A stretch of 33,281 nucleotides of DNA from Terrimicrobiaceae bacterium (GTDB lineage: Bacteria > Verrucomicrobiota > Verrucomicrobiia > Chthoniobacterales > Terrimicrobiaceae), in assembly GCA_041752695.1 (NCBI GenBank), contig JBGSVZ010000111.1, forward strand, positions 1-33,281, read 5' to 3'. The translations under genes were made by a program, and so were the position numbers. Below the pieces are notes generated by a model, which saw only the letters and a program-made list of their open reading frames with translations, was not told the origin of the DNA and did not search any database. Positions 1 through 9,574 of this stretch are shown piece by piece (the first letter of the stretch is position 1; each line of letters starts with the position of its first letter).

Positions 1-96
1 CAGAAATGCCGTTCTTTTTTGCCTTCCCATCAAAGGAATGGTTTTTCGATATCCGAAAAACCAGGGTCGTGGCGGGGCTGCTGGCCCCTTAACGTT

Positions 97-1227
97 ATGA
101 ATAAGCGTTGTCACTTAGCAGCTACCTTCAACACCGTTGCAGCCGGTGCAAAGGGTGACGGAAAAACCGACGATACAGCCGTTTTTCAGAAGCTCCTCGA
201 TCTTGCGGCCGAGAGCCAAGCGACCGTCGAGATCCCGTCCGGAACTTACTGTGTCGGAAGGCTAAAAATGCATTCCCATACCAACATCAAAGGGTCAGCC
301 TCCTTTGCGTGGAAGGGAAATGGGGGTGCCACTCTAAGGCTCATCGACTCGGCAGCTACTTGCCTTCTCGACCTCACACTGGCTATCGGCGCGCGAGTCG
401 AGGGTTTGTGTCTCGACGGAGGACTGCTGGGCCAAGGCATCCACGGGATTCTCGTGGACAAGCCGGATTATGGAACCACCGAGGACTGTCCCATCATCGA
501 GGTCAGCAAGGTCTCTCGTTTCACCGGGGACGGCATTCGGTTGAACCGTATCTGGGGCTTTCGTGTTCGCAGCAACATGCTTTCCGAGAACATGGGCCAC
601 GGCCTCTCTGTGAGAGGTTGGGACGGATTTATTCTCGACAACTGGCTGTCCCTGAATGGCGGGGCCGGATATGCCACCATCGGGGAAAATAACGCAGTTA
701 CTATCACGGCGAATCGCATCGAGTGGAACCAGTGTGGTGGCCTGCGCATCCTGAATGGCTCGCACTACAACATTACGGGAAACTATATTGACCGTTGCGG
801 TCCCGGCCTCCTCTTCGCCTCCACGGCGGACAGTCCGGTTGTGACAAACCGCATCGTTGGTCGCGTGGGATACTCGAGCATCACCGGCAATATTATTTAC
901 CGCAGTGGACGCCCCATCTGGAACCGGCCCGGGGAGGATTGCAGTGCGCACCTTGTTCTCCTTGGTTCGCGTGGGGTGACCATCGTGGGTAACACGATGG
1001 TCGCCGGACTGGATGACGAGAACAACGAGGGGAGCACGGGCTTCAGCTCCCAGGAAAACTGGTCTCCCAATTTCGGCATTGTGGCGGAGGGCCTACGTAA
1101 CGTGGTTATCAAGGACAACGTGATGGACTCCGCCGCGCTCAAGGAACTGATTCTCGACCGGGCCGGGCACGGCCCCGGCGTGATCATCAAGGACAACCCG
1201 GGTGAGCTTTTTCAACCAACAGCATAA
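97..1227 (+). CDS. Right-handed beta-helix carbohydrate-active protein (pectate lyase superfamily / Pectate_lyase_3-like N-terminus)
   Basis: N-terminal GAKGDGKTDDTAVFQ motif and repeated I.GN.I / I.DN beta-helix coils. ATG at 97 is preferred over TTG at 19. Confidence 0.8.
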   Translation: MNKRCHLAATFNTVAAGAKGDGKTDDTAVFQKLLDLAAESQATVEIPSGTYCVGRLKMHSHTNIKGSASFAWKGNGGATLRLIDSAATCLLDLTLAIGARVEGLCLDGGLLGQGIHGILVDKPDYGTTEDCPIIEVSKVSRFTGDGIRLNRIWGFRVRSNMLSENMGHGLSVRGWDGFILDNWLSLNGGAGYATIGENNAVTITANRIEWNQCGGLRILNGSHYNITGNYIDRCGPGLLFASTADSPVVTNRIVGRVGYSSITGNIIYRSGRPIWNRPGEDCSAHLVLLGSRGVTIVGNTMVAGLDDENNEGSTGFSSQENWSPNFGIVAEGLRNVVIKDNVMDSAALKELILDRAGHGPGVIIKDNPGELFQPTA

Positions 1228-1232
1228 ACTCC

Positions 1233-1832
1233 ATGGAGATCACACCACTCACCTGGCGTTACGGGCAAAACTGGCTGCCGCAACTACAACCGGGCTTCGC
1301 CCCGGGGAGGGTCTCCATTGGTGTTCGCAAAGACGAACTCATTATCCGCGCCGAATTGCGTGATACGCACGTCATGACAGACATCTTCCCCTTCAACTAT
1401 CCAGCTTTTGTGAAGTGCGATACGTTTGAGGTTTTTCTGGGACCGGCTGGGGAGAAGTTCTATTACGAACTCCATGTGACGCCTTCGAACAGCGTGCTGC
1501 AACTTCGCTTTGATGGTGTAAGTTCTCGAGCGAATCTGACAGATCATGTGGTTTCAGAGCGTCTCTTCTTCAGCGAAACCTCGATTACTCCTGGAGGGTG
1601 GAATGTCTTCGCCAGGATCCCGCTCGAGCCACTCATTTCTGGGACTCATTCCGAGTGGGACCTCTCCTTCGGGCGATACGATTACGTGCCTGGGCAATCG
1701 GTTCCCGTCATCTCTTCGACTTCGCCGCACACTGTGTGCGATTTCCACCGGCGGGGGGAATGGAGAAGCGTCTCTTTCGATGCGTTGCCTCTGATCGAAC
1801 CGGGATTCAAATTTACCACATGCGATTTTTAA
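1233..1832 (+). CDS. CBM9/DOMON-like sugar-binding family protein
   Basis: D.FEVFL...YYELHVTP.N and GW...ARIP segments, plus C-terminal DFHR, typical of CBM9-like proteins. Starts 5 bp after the upstream stop. Confidence 0.6.
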   Translation: MEITPLTWRYGQNWLPQLQPGFAPGRVSIGVRKDELIIRAELRDTHVMTDIFPFNYPAFVKCDTFEVFLGPAGEKFYYELHVTPSNSVLQLRFDGVSSRANLTDHVVSERLFFSETSITPGGWNVFARIPLEPLISGTHSEWDLSFGRYDYVPGQSVPVISSTSPHTVCDFHRRGEWRSVSFDALPLIEPGFKFTTCDF

Positions 1833-1918
1833 TCTTTATAAGTAGCTATCCGCGAGTGCAGGCATTCGTAAATTCCAGCGTCCTCAAAATTTCCCCAGAA
1901 CGTGTGAAGTTTTGTGCT

Positions 1919-2755
1919 ATGAAAAGAATCGGCTATTGCGTCCTTCTCAGCATTGGACTCGTTGTTGGATGTGCGACCTCCATCGGTCAGGCCAGCGCGG
2001 GTGAAGAGGGATATCACATTGAGCGGGAGACGTTGCGTAAACCGCGACCGCTGAAAGTCCAGGTGTTGCGGGTGGATTTGGAATCTCCTGAAACGGAAGT
2101 CGCCGTCGTTATGGCCGACGATCCCGATGGGGATGAGCCAGCGGAGTCGGTCTTGATGGCCCCTGCGGAATTGGCGAAGATGGGGCGACTGAAGGTTGCG
2201 GTGAATGCACATCCCTGGGGTATGATTCCCGTCGCCCCTAAGGAACAGAAACCTATGTACGATCTCGGTGGGTTTTGCGATGTGGCGGGACTGGTGGTGA
2301 CTGACGGAAAGGTGCGTAGCGAACAGAGTGATGCTTCTTGGAGTCTCTGGCAGGATGAGGGGAGAATCTGGCATCTGGGGACGGTTCCGTCAGGAAGTCA
2401 GTTACGGCAGGCGGTTTCTGGATTTGGTCCTATCCTTGAGGAAGGCCAGGTGATGGTGCGGCCCTGCGATATTTTGCATCCACGCACCGCCGTAGGCCTC
2501 GACAAGCAGTCCCGGCAACTCATCTTTGTCGTGGTGGATGGGAGGCAACCGGGAGTCAGCGAAGGAATGAGCGAGTATGAGTTGGCGGAATATATGAAAA
2601 GTCTTGGGTGTTGGAATGTGCTGAACCTGGATGGCGGAGGAAGCAGTATTTTAGTCAAGGGAGCAAATCCGCGAATTCTCAACACGCCGTCCGGCGGCGG
2701 GGTGGCACGTCCCGTTCCGGTAATGATCGGACTCCGTCGGCAAAATTATCACTGA
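1919..2755 (+). CDS. Phosphodiester glycosidase (NAGPA-like) family protein, exported
   Basis: HPRTAVG, VVDGRQ and NLDGGGS motifs. N-terminal signal/lipoprotein-like MKRIGYCVLLSIGLVVGC from ATG 1919. Confidence 0.85.
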   Translation: MKRIGYCVLLSIGLVVGCATSIGQASAGEEGYHIERETLRKPRPLKVQVLRVDLESPETEVAVVMADDPDGDEPAESVLMAPAELAKMGRLKVAVNAHPWGMIPVAPKEQKPMYDLGGFCDVAGLVVTDGKVRSEQSDASWSLWQDEGRIWHLGTVPSGSQLRQAVSGFGPILEEGQVMVRPCDILHPRTAVGLDKQSRQLIFVVVDGRQPGVSEGMSEYELAEYMKSLGCWNVLNLDGGGSSILVKGANPRILNTPSGGGVARPVPVMIGLRRQNYH

Positions 2756-2817
2756 CTGTGGCTTTCCGTTTAGAGAGAGTTTTATAACAACGAATCCCTC
2801 CCAGAACGCCATGAATA

Positions 2818-3216
2818 ATGAATCAAAAGGCATATCTGGTCGATATGGGTGGAGTGATTTACCGGGAGAATCAGCTTCTGCCGGGTGCGGAGGACTTTGT
2901 CATTCACTTGTTAAAAACGGCCACACCGTTTCTGTTTGTCACCAATAAATCGGCGCCGACGCCGGAGGATCTTGTGGTCAAGTTGAAGCACCTTGGGATT
3001 GGAGAGCTGCGACCGCCTCATTTTTATACATCTGCCATTAACACGGCGGATGTTCTGGCTGGGCTTTATCCGAAATGTATCGCCTTTCTGGCTAATATCC
3101 AAGGCAAACACGCGGACCGATTTTCGAGTTTCGCGTTGCAAACCTTGCCGAAAGGCGAGCATCAACATATCGAACATCCCCGCCACTCGCGACCGCGACC
3201 GGCCATGACGCGATAA
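2818..3216 (+). pseudogene. nagD: Truncated HAD-IIA (NagD-like) phosphatase
   Basis: YLVDMGGVIYRENQLLPGA...FLFVTNKS matches the NagD N-terminus, but DxDG is DMGG and TNN is TNK. Homology is lost after about 90 aa, against about 250 aa for intact NagD. Confidence 0.7.
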
Positions 3217-3322
3217 CAGAAAGACGTTTTATCGTTAGAATATCTTGTCAACGATGACCCCACGCTGAAACACCCAAAAACGGCTTTCCCCCGGAGCACA
3301 ACCACAAAACACAAAGGGAAAT

Positions 3323-4141
3323 ATGATATTTGCCGTCCGCTTACTTGAGAAACCCCGTGCCTTGGGCGCTCGGGAAAGAAGAACACTGAGATTACGAAAC
3401 CATCTGTACGGTTCGCCCTACTGGAGTCGGGTCAATGCCACGGCGGCCGAGTTCGCAGAAATCCTTGCGGCAAGTCTGAGAAAGGGGCTCTCTGCCGCGA
3501 GACGAATCGCTCTCCCGGCTGCGATAATCCAGTTGGTTATGGTCGCGATTGCTCTGGGTTTTTTCTTCTATCCGCCGGCCACCCGGGCGCTTCAGGAATT
3601 CGTGCATTGGAAAAATCAGATGGGAAGCCTGACATTTTCTTTTCTCAGCATGGGTGCAATCGCCGTATTTGCGGAGCTGATAAAACGACCGGTAAACTCG
3701 AAGTCCTCCTTCGGTCACACCTTCCTCAATGGAGTCTATGCCTTTGGGATTTTCGGGTGTCTCGGCATCGCGACTGATGTGTTTTATTTGGGCCAAAACG
3801 CCCTCTGGAGCGGCCTGCCGGCAGGTCCCCGCGTGCTGGCCAAAGTCTTGACCGATCAGTTTTTCTATACAGTGATTTTCGCCAATCCCTATCAGACTTT
3901 TCTTTATGTCCTGAAGGATTGCGGATTCAATCAGCTGCGGTTTTTCCAACGCATCACACCCTTCCGGACGTTTTACGTTCGCGAAGTTCTGGCCGTCCTC
4001 ATCACGAACTGGGCCTTTTGGATTCCAACGACGTGTATCATTTACATCCTGCCGTTGGATTTGCAGTTGGTGATTTCCCGGCTCGCCGTCCTCATCTGGG
4101 TGCTCCTGCTCAGCGCCATAACCGCGAAGGAGGCTCGATGA
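3323..4141 (+). CDS. Mpv17/PMP22-like integral membrane protein
   Basis: Several hydrophobic segments. KVLTDQFFY and NWAFWIP...YILPLDLQ resemble Mpv17/PMP22 motifs. ATGA overlap with the next gene. Confidence 0.6.
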   Translation: MIFAVRLLEKPRALGARERRTLRLRNHLYGSPYWSRVNATAAEFAEILAASLRKGLSAARRIALPAAIIQLVMVAIALGFFFYPPATRALQEFVHWKNQMGSLTFSFLSMGAIAVFAELIKRPVNSKSSFGHTFLNGVYAFGIFGCLGIATDVFYLGQNALWSGLPAGPRVLAKVLTDQFFYTVIFANPYQTFLYVLKDCGFNQLRFFQRITPFRTFYVREVLAVLITNWAFWIPTTCIIYILPLDLQLVISRLAVLIWVLLLSAITAKEAR

Positions 4142-5220
4142 CGACGGCAAGAACCGGCATCACCGCGGCAGGCACATGGATTGTGGACTACGCGAAAGTC
4201 ATCTCCCGATTCCCGGAGGAAGGGTCCTGTGTTTCGGTCTTGAGCGAGGCGATCAGCAACGGAGGAGCTCCCTATAATCTACTGGTCAATCTCTGCCGTC
4301 TTGGGGCGACGTTTCCCTTGAAGGCCGTCGGCTGCCTTGGGCACGATATTGATGGAGCCAGCATCATGAAGGATTGCCGGGCGCATGGAATCATTACCGC
4401 CGGAATGCGGACGATTCCGTGGGCTTCGACGTCATTTTCCGATGTCATGACCACCCGCGAAACAGGCATCCGGACGAGTTTCAATCATGCCGGTGCTAAT
4501 GACCTGCTGTCCGCAGAAGATTTTGATTTCGAGGAGGAAACCAGCCGCATCTTTTTTCTCGGATCGTTATTTTTTCTGGCCAAACTTGATGCGCCCGATG
4601 ATCGGTTCGGCACTCTCGCCGCCTCTGTTCTGGCTCGAGCCCGTAAGGCGGGGATCCTGACCTGTGTGGACATCGAGAGAAGCAATGTTCCGATGGAGGT
4701 TTTCCGCGAGAGCAGTCAGATGGCTCTCCGTCAAACGGATCTCATCATTCTCAATGTGGAAGTCGCCGAACAGCTTTCTGGAGTTCGAGTTCGCTATCCC
4801 AGTGGCATTGACCTCGTCGCGGCGGCGGATGCAGCACACGGGCTGCAAACCCTTGCCAATTCTCACGCGGTCGTGCTGCGTTTTCCCACCGGCGCGTTCG
4901 TTCTTTCGCGTTCAGGGGAACATGTCACCGAAGGCAGTGCCAATCTGCCAAAATCGCGCATCGTCAGCGCCATCGGTGCTGGGCATGCATTTTCCGCAGG
5001 CTTTCTGTACGGATACCATGAGGGGTGGAATTTGTCGGCTTGCCTGAAAGCCGGACACGCCACCGCCGCCGCGTGTTTGTCTGATCAAACCGCCTCCGGC
5101 GGCATCCGCACCATGCCCTCCTGCCTCAAACGCCTGGCAAGCTTCGGACAACGGCCGTTGGAATCCCACCATCTTGACCGCCCCTCCCGCTCAGAATCAA
5201 AGCCTGCCGTCATCCCATGA
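4138..5220 (+). CDS. PfkB/ribokinase-family carbohydrate kinase (GAGD motif reads GAGH)
   Basis: GG.PYN, VGCLGHDIDG, N..E and GAGHAFSAGFLYG motifs. ATG at 4138 overlaps the upstream TGA. Confidence 0.85.
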   Translation: MTTARTGITAAGTWIVDYAKVISRFPEEGSCVSVLSEAISNGGAPYNLLVNLCRLGATFPLKAVGCLGHDIDGASIMKDCRAHGIITAGMRTIPWASTSFSDVMTTRETGIRTSFNHAGANDLLSAEDFDFEEETSRIFFLGSLFFLAKLDAPDDRFGTLAASVLARARKAGILTCVDIERSNVPMEVFRESSQMALRQTDLIILNVEVAEQLSGVRVRYPSGIDLVAAADAAHGLQTLANSHAVVLRFPTGAFVLSRSGEHVTEGSANLPKSRIVSAIGAGHAFSAGFLYGYHEGWNLSACLKAGHATAAACLSDQTASGGIRTMPSCLKRLASFGQRPLESHHLDRPSRSESKPAVIP

Positions 5221-6062
5221 AAGAAAACGCCTCCCCCCCTGAAATCTTCATCCCTCAACTTGAGAGCGACACTGGCCTGCGAGCCACCCATCTTGGTATT
5301 GGAGCGCACCAGGACGATTTGGAGTTCATGGCGTTTCACGGTATTGCGGAATGCCACCAGCGAACTGACCGTTTCTTCGGCGGCGTGATTTGCACCAATG
5401 GAGTCGGCAGCTCACGGAAGGGCACCTACGCGGACCTTTCGGTTGAGGAACTTCAGTCCTGTCGCGAGAATGAACAACGCGCTGCGGCGCAGTTGGGCGA
5501 TTATTCATTTGTGGCGCAACTGCGTTATGCCAGTTCGGAAATCTCAGCCCCGTTAAGATCGCCGCTGGTGGACGATCTGGTGTACATCATTGGGAAATGT
5601 CGTCCGGAAGTGATTTACACCCACAACCCCGCCGACAAACATCCAACTCACATCCGGGTTATTGTCGCCGTGATGGAGGCTCTCCACCGCATGCCTGCCA
5701 ACGCCAGACCGAAAATCCTCTATGGCTGCGAAATGTGGCGGGGTCTCGATTGGATGGCAGACGAGGCAAAAACCGTTCACGACGTAAGCGGATACGAAGG
5801 ACTCGCTAATGGACTTAACCGACTTTTTGACAGCCAGATCAGCGGAGGAAAACGCTACGACCTCGCGGTGATGGGCCGCCGCCGAGCCAACGCGACCTTT
5901 TTTGACGCCTATTCGACGGATGAGATATCAGAAGCCAATTACGCCATGGATCTTTCCCCGCTCATTGGCCAGCCGCCTGCGGAACTGGTCCGGTTTACCA
6001 CCGATCACATCGACCGATTCCGCAAGGACGTGATTTCACAGCTTTCTCAAACCCTGACCTGA
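5217..6062 (+). CDS. PIG-L/LmbE family N-acetyl deacetylase
   Basis: AHQDDLE metal motif, R..EQ..AA segment and D.HPTH motif. Coupled to the kinase and nagB by overlapping stop/start codons. Confidence 0.85.
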   Translation: MKENASPPEIFIPQLESDTGLRATHLGIGAHQDDLEFMAFHGIAECHQRTDRFFGGVICTNGVGSSRKGTYADLSVEELQSCRENEQRAAAQLGDYSFVAQLRYASSEISAPLRSPLVDDLVYIIGKCRPEVIYTHNPADKHPTHIRVIVAVMEALHRMPANARPKILYGCEMWRGLDWMADEAKTVHDVSGYEGLANGLNRLFDSQISGGKRYDLAVMGRRRANATFFDAYSTDEISEANYAMDLSPLIGQPPAELVRFTTDHIDRFRKDVISQLSQTLT

Positions 6063-6859
6063 TGGAAATTATCATTCAAGAATCTCCCGCGATTGCTTCC
6101 GCGCTGGCGGCTCAACGTATCGCAGCACTCGTCCGCTCCAAACCCGACGCGGTTCTCGGCCTCGCCACCGGTAGCACCCCCCTTTACCTTTACCAAGAAT
6201 TGATCCGCTTGCATCGGGAGGAGGGCCTCGATTTCTCACAAGTGCGCACCTTCAACCTCGACGAGTACCTCGGCCTTGCCCCCAGCCACCCCCAATCCTA
6301 CCACGCATTCATGTGGAGAAACTTCTTCGACCACATCAACATCAACCCCGCACGGGTGCACTTTCCCAGCGGACTTGTATCTGGAAAGCAAATCGAAGAT
6401 TATTGCGCTAAATACGAAAAGGAAATCAAACACTGCGGTGGCATTGATCTTCAAGTCCTAGGGATCGGAACTGACGGCCATATTGGGTTCAACGAAGCAG
6501 GGTCCTCGCTGGCCTCGCGCACCCGCATCAAAACCCTGACCCGCCGCACGATCGAGGACAACGCACGTTTTTTTGGGTCGGCGGAAGAGGTGCCCCACCA
6601 CGTGATCACAATGGGAGTAGGCACCATCATGGAATCAAAAAAGATTGCACTACTTGCATTCGGCGGAGGCAAAGCCGCCGCCGTAGCGGGTGCCTTGGAA
6701 GGTCCAATTACCGCGAGTAACCCGGCGTCGATCCTCCAGATGCATCCGGGGGTTAAGGTTTACCTCGACGATGCAGCGGCCAGCAAATTGGCTCGTTCCG
6801 ACTACTACCGTTGGGTCTTCGAAAATAAGCCCTCATGGCAGGTTGTGGGACAATTCTGA
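6062..6859 (+). CDS. nagB: Glucosamine-6-phosphate deaminase
   Basis: LGLATGSTP, TFNLDEY, LGIGTDGHIGFNE, ITMGVGTI and PASILQMH motifs. Confidence 0.97.
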   Translation: MEIIIQESPAIASALAAQRIAALVRSKPDAVLGLATGSTPLYLYQELIRLHREEGLDFSQVRTFNLDEYLGLAPSHPQSYHAFMWRNFFDHININPARVHFPSGLVSGKQIEDYCAKYEKEIKHCGGIDLQVLGIGTDGHIGFNEAGSSLASRTRIKTLTRRTIEDNARFFGSAEEVPHHVITMGVGTIMESKKIALLAFGGGKAAAVAGALEGPITASNPASILQMHPGVKVYLDDAAASKLARSDYYRWVFENKPSWQVVGQF

Positions 6860-6904
6860 AATGCCCTTCAATCCGACAATTGGCTTCATCGCGGTATTCC
6901 GCCT

Positions 6905-7813
6905 TTAGACGGATCTAGGGAAGATTATCAAGCCGTCGTTGATTGGATCAACAGTCAGCCGACCAGATTCCAGTCCGACTTTGAGTGCCTTGCAAACGGC
7001 GTCGCCCATGAGTTTCTGGACGGTCTTTTGGAGGGGGCGGGCTCCCAGGGCGCGATGAAATCCCCGGCCTACCATAAAATCAATTGCCGGCTCGGTGATC
7101 GTTAATGTGAGTCCCTTTTCATGAAAACGTTCGATCTCGTTGAATATGGCTGCTTTCCCGATCAGGCGCTGCGTTTCTGCGGAGAGCGGCTTGAAAACGA
7201 GTCTTTCGTCGAAGCGACCGACAAGTTCAGGGCGGAAAATCTGATGAACCTCCGCAAGGACAGCACGTTCCAACGTGGCGAACGGCAGGCGGGTCGTTCT
7301 GAGGAGTTGCTGTGAACCGATGTTGCTCGTGCAGACGACGAAGAAATGGGATAGATCATAGGTTCGGTGGTCGTTCAGGGTGATTCTGGCGGCATCGAGG
7401 ATTTGGAGGAAGAGATCCCAGATCAGGCGATGTGCCTTTTCGATTTCATCGAACAGTAAGATTCCGCCTGTGCCATTGGAGAGAGCTTTTCCCAAACGGC
7501 CGGATCGTCCTGATTCATCACCCAGGAAAAGTTTTACGCTGTCGAGGTGCTGGAACTCCGACATGTCGAAACGAAAGACAGAGTCCGGGCCGAAAAGGTA
7601 GCGGGAAGCCTCCAGCGTCAACTCGGTTTTGCCAACACCCGTGGGGCCGAGAAACAGGAACGACCCGAGTGGCTTATCCGTGGGCTGCAAACCCAACTGG
7701 CCACGCTCCAGAACAGAACAGACGCGGGCGATGGCATGATCCTGTCCCTTGATTTTGCCGCGCAGATGCGGTTCGAGGCCGTTTAGGTGTTTGATTTCGG
7801 TCTTGGGCTTCAT
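6905..7813 (-). CDS. Single-domain ClpB/ClpA-like AAA+ ATPase (D2-type domain only)
   Basis: GQDHAI, FLFLGPTGVGKTEL (Walker A), DMSEF, LLFDEIEKAH (Walker B), TSNIG, FRPELVGR and GARPL. ATG 7813 overlaps the coupling-protein stop (ATGA). Confidence 0.9.
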   Translation of the reverse strand: MKPKTEIKHLNGLEPHLRGKIKGQDHAIARVCSVLERGQLGLQPTDKPLGSFLFLGPTGVGKTELTLEASRYLFGPDSVFRFDMSEFQHLDSVKLFLGDESGRSGRLGKALSNGTGGILLFDEIEKAHRLIWDLFLQILDAARITLNDHRTYDLSHFFVVCTSNIGSQQLLRTTRLPFATLERAVLAEVHQIFRPELVGRFDERLVFKPLSAETQRLIGKAAIFNEIERFHEKGLTLTITEPAIDFMVGRGFHRALGARPLQKTVQKLMGDAVCKALKVGLESGRLTVDPINDGLIIFPRSV

Positions 7814-9333
7814 TGTTTTGCTGTGGGTTGTTGGCGGAGCCATTGGAGGAAGGCGAAATCGGGTCGAATGGCGGTGAACCAGGCGGGGTAGGTGCCATCT
7901 GGAGTGATGGGCGCGATCAAGCGTTTGCGGAATGGCTTTTCGCAATGGCGGATGATCGCGGTAAATTTTGGTAGTTTCCGCAGTTGGAACGGCTCGAAGA
8001 ACGGTTTGATCTTTCGCTGATAGTTGTATGACTGTTTTCCCCCCGAGTGCCCCCAGGATTTTTCAAATACTTCCCGTTCGCCAATGTTCTTCGAGGCGAT
8101 GGCGGCGGAATCGTGGTTCGCAACGGTGAAAATCAGTTCGTTGCTCAGATTAAGCATTAAGACATCGGCGTAACGTTTTTCGAGCGCACCGAGGAGGGAG
8201 GTGTAGGCTTGGGTGGCGAGGACGATGGTCGCGCGGGCCTCGCGGATGACACCGGCGGCGCGGTGGTCGGCGAAGGCGGACTCGGCTCCCGTGATGATTT
8301 CTTGTCCTTCGTCGGCGAAAAGAACGATGAGATTGTCCTTCTCGCGTTCCTGGGCCGATTTGTCGAATCGGCTCAAGGCATGGAAATAGTATGACAACTT
8401 CAGGATCGTATTGATGTAGAGGCGTTCGCTTTGAAATTTCTGAGGCATGGCGATGCAGACGATTTTTCCTGCGTCGATCTCGGCAACAGAAAATGATGGT
8501 TCGTTGGCGCAAAAGACTTCGGCAATCTCCGGGTGCATGAAGAAATCCAGATAGTTGCTGATCGTGCCTTCCACTCCGCCAAGCTGCTCCGGTGGCTGCT
8601 CCAGATGGCTGCGAAATGCGGCCAGCAAGTCCTTCGAGCGCTGATTGCTGTAGTTCGCCAGTTCCTCGATGGCGGATTGACTGTCTTCCTTGTTGAGCAG
8701 CAAACGGTGAATGTTGGGAATGGTGACGTAAGCTTCCAAATGCCGCAGAATTTCAAACGCCATCTGGATGGCGATTTGCGCCTTGGTGACGAAGAACGGA
8801 TTGCCTCCCTTGCCGCCCGTCAACGAAACTGCCGTGTCCACGATGACCTTGGCATAGGTGGAAGCGGGAACGTCCGGGTTTCCCGTGAGATTGATCGTGT
8901 GGGGCGGACGCCACAGCATGTCTTTTCCTAAAGGCCGCGTTTGCAGAAGCACGAGGTCATCGCTGCGGCCGAAACTGTCTGCCATTTTCACGAGGATTTC
9001 CCAATAGAGTCCCTTCTGATCAAGACAGATCCCACCCCAGTTTTTGACGTTCTGAAAAAGCTGAAACGTCAGCGTGTTGATCGCCGATTGCGTCTTGCCT
9101 GATCCCGTTCGCCCGGTGATGAGCCAGCCGCGAACAAAATCCTCCATCGTCCAGGAAAGTCCGCCGAGGCGGATAATAATTTTCCCCGAATGATCGGCGG
9201 AAAAAAATGCCCATACTCCGAAGATCGCGCACAGAGCGATGACCAAATAGGAAAGCGGAGGAGACAGGAGGAAGTACGCCGCCAGTGATCCGGCAACGCA
9301 CGACAGGGTAAGGATGGTATCAAGAATTTTCAT
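7810..9333 (-). CDS. virD4: Type IV coupling protein (VirD4/TraD-like)
   Basis: Two N-terminal TM segments, GRTGSGKT Walker A, LDQKG, FADEGQ Walker B and LATQ. Lies next to the relaxase. Confidence 0.85.
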   Translation of the reverse strand: MKILDTILTLSCVAGSLAAYFLLSPPLSYLVIALCAIFGVWAFFSADHSGKIIIRLGGLSWTMEDFVRGWLITGRTGSGKTQSAINTLTFQLFQNVKNWGGICLDQKGLYWEILVKMADSFGRSDDLVLLQTRPLGKDMLWRPPHTINLTGNPDVPASTYAKVIVDTAVSLTGGKGGNPFFVTKAQIAIQMAFEILRHLEAYVTIPNIHRLLLNKEDSQSAIEELANYSNQRSKDLLAAFRSHLEQPPEQLGGVEGTISNYLDFFMHPEIAEVFCANEPSFSVAEIDAGKIVCIAMPQKFQSERLYINTILKLSYYFHALSRFDKSAQEREKDNLIVLFADEGQEIITGAESAFADHRAAGVIREARATIVLATQAYTSLLGALEKRYADVLMLNLSNELIFTVANHDSAAIASKNIGEREVFEKSWGHSGGKQSYNYQRKIKPFFEPFQLRKLPKFTAIIRHCEKPFRKRLIAPITPDGTYPAWFTAIRPDFAFLQWLRQQPTAKQ

Positions 9334-9574
9334 CGGGCGATTGGGGGTTGAGTACGGAAATCAGAAAGTCGAACAGCCGCCGATTTGGATCGGGAATGCT
9401 CTGGGTGTAAGCTTTGAAGTTAACCGTCGTGATGGCCGGTCCGTCGTCAAAGACCTGGTGGGAAACTCCATCCACATTGGCAGGTCGAAACGCGAAATTT
9501 TCGCAGAGAAAGAATTCAGAGCTTCTGGACTGTCTGCTGCTGATGGGTGGGTGATTGGGTGCTTCGATTGGCAT
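9320..9574 (-). CDS. Possible small hypothetical protein (MPIEAP...DENS)
   Basis: Fills the gap between relaxase and coupling protein and overlaps both. No recognisable motif. Confidence 0.3.
   Translation of the reverse strand: MPIEAPNHPPISSRQSRSSEFFLCENFAFRPANVDGVSHQVFDDGPAITTVNFKAYTQSIPDPNRRLFDFLISVLNPQSPDENS

Noticed and set aside
1598..1918. Long N-terminal extensions in the ORF track (also upstream of 4138, 7813, 19561, 23152 and 26160)
   Set aside because: They overlap upstream genes. Downstream ATGs give coupled starts or proper signal peptides.
6860..6904. Possible left att site between nagB and the AAA+ gene
   Set aside because: No copy of the tRNA-His core or other repeat is visible there.
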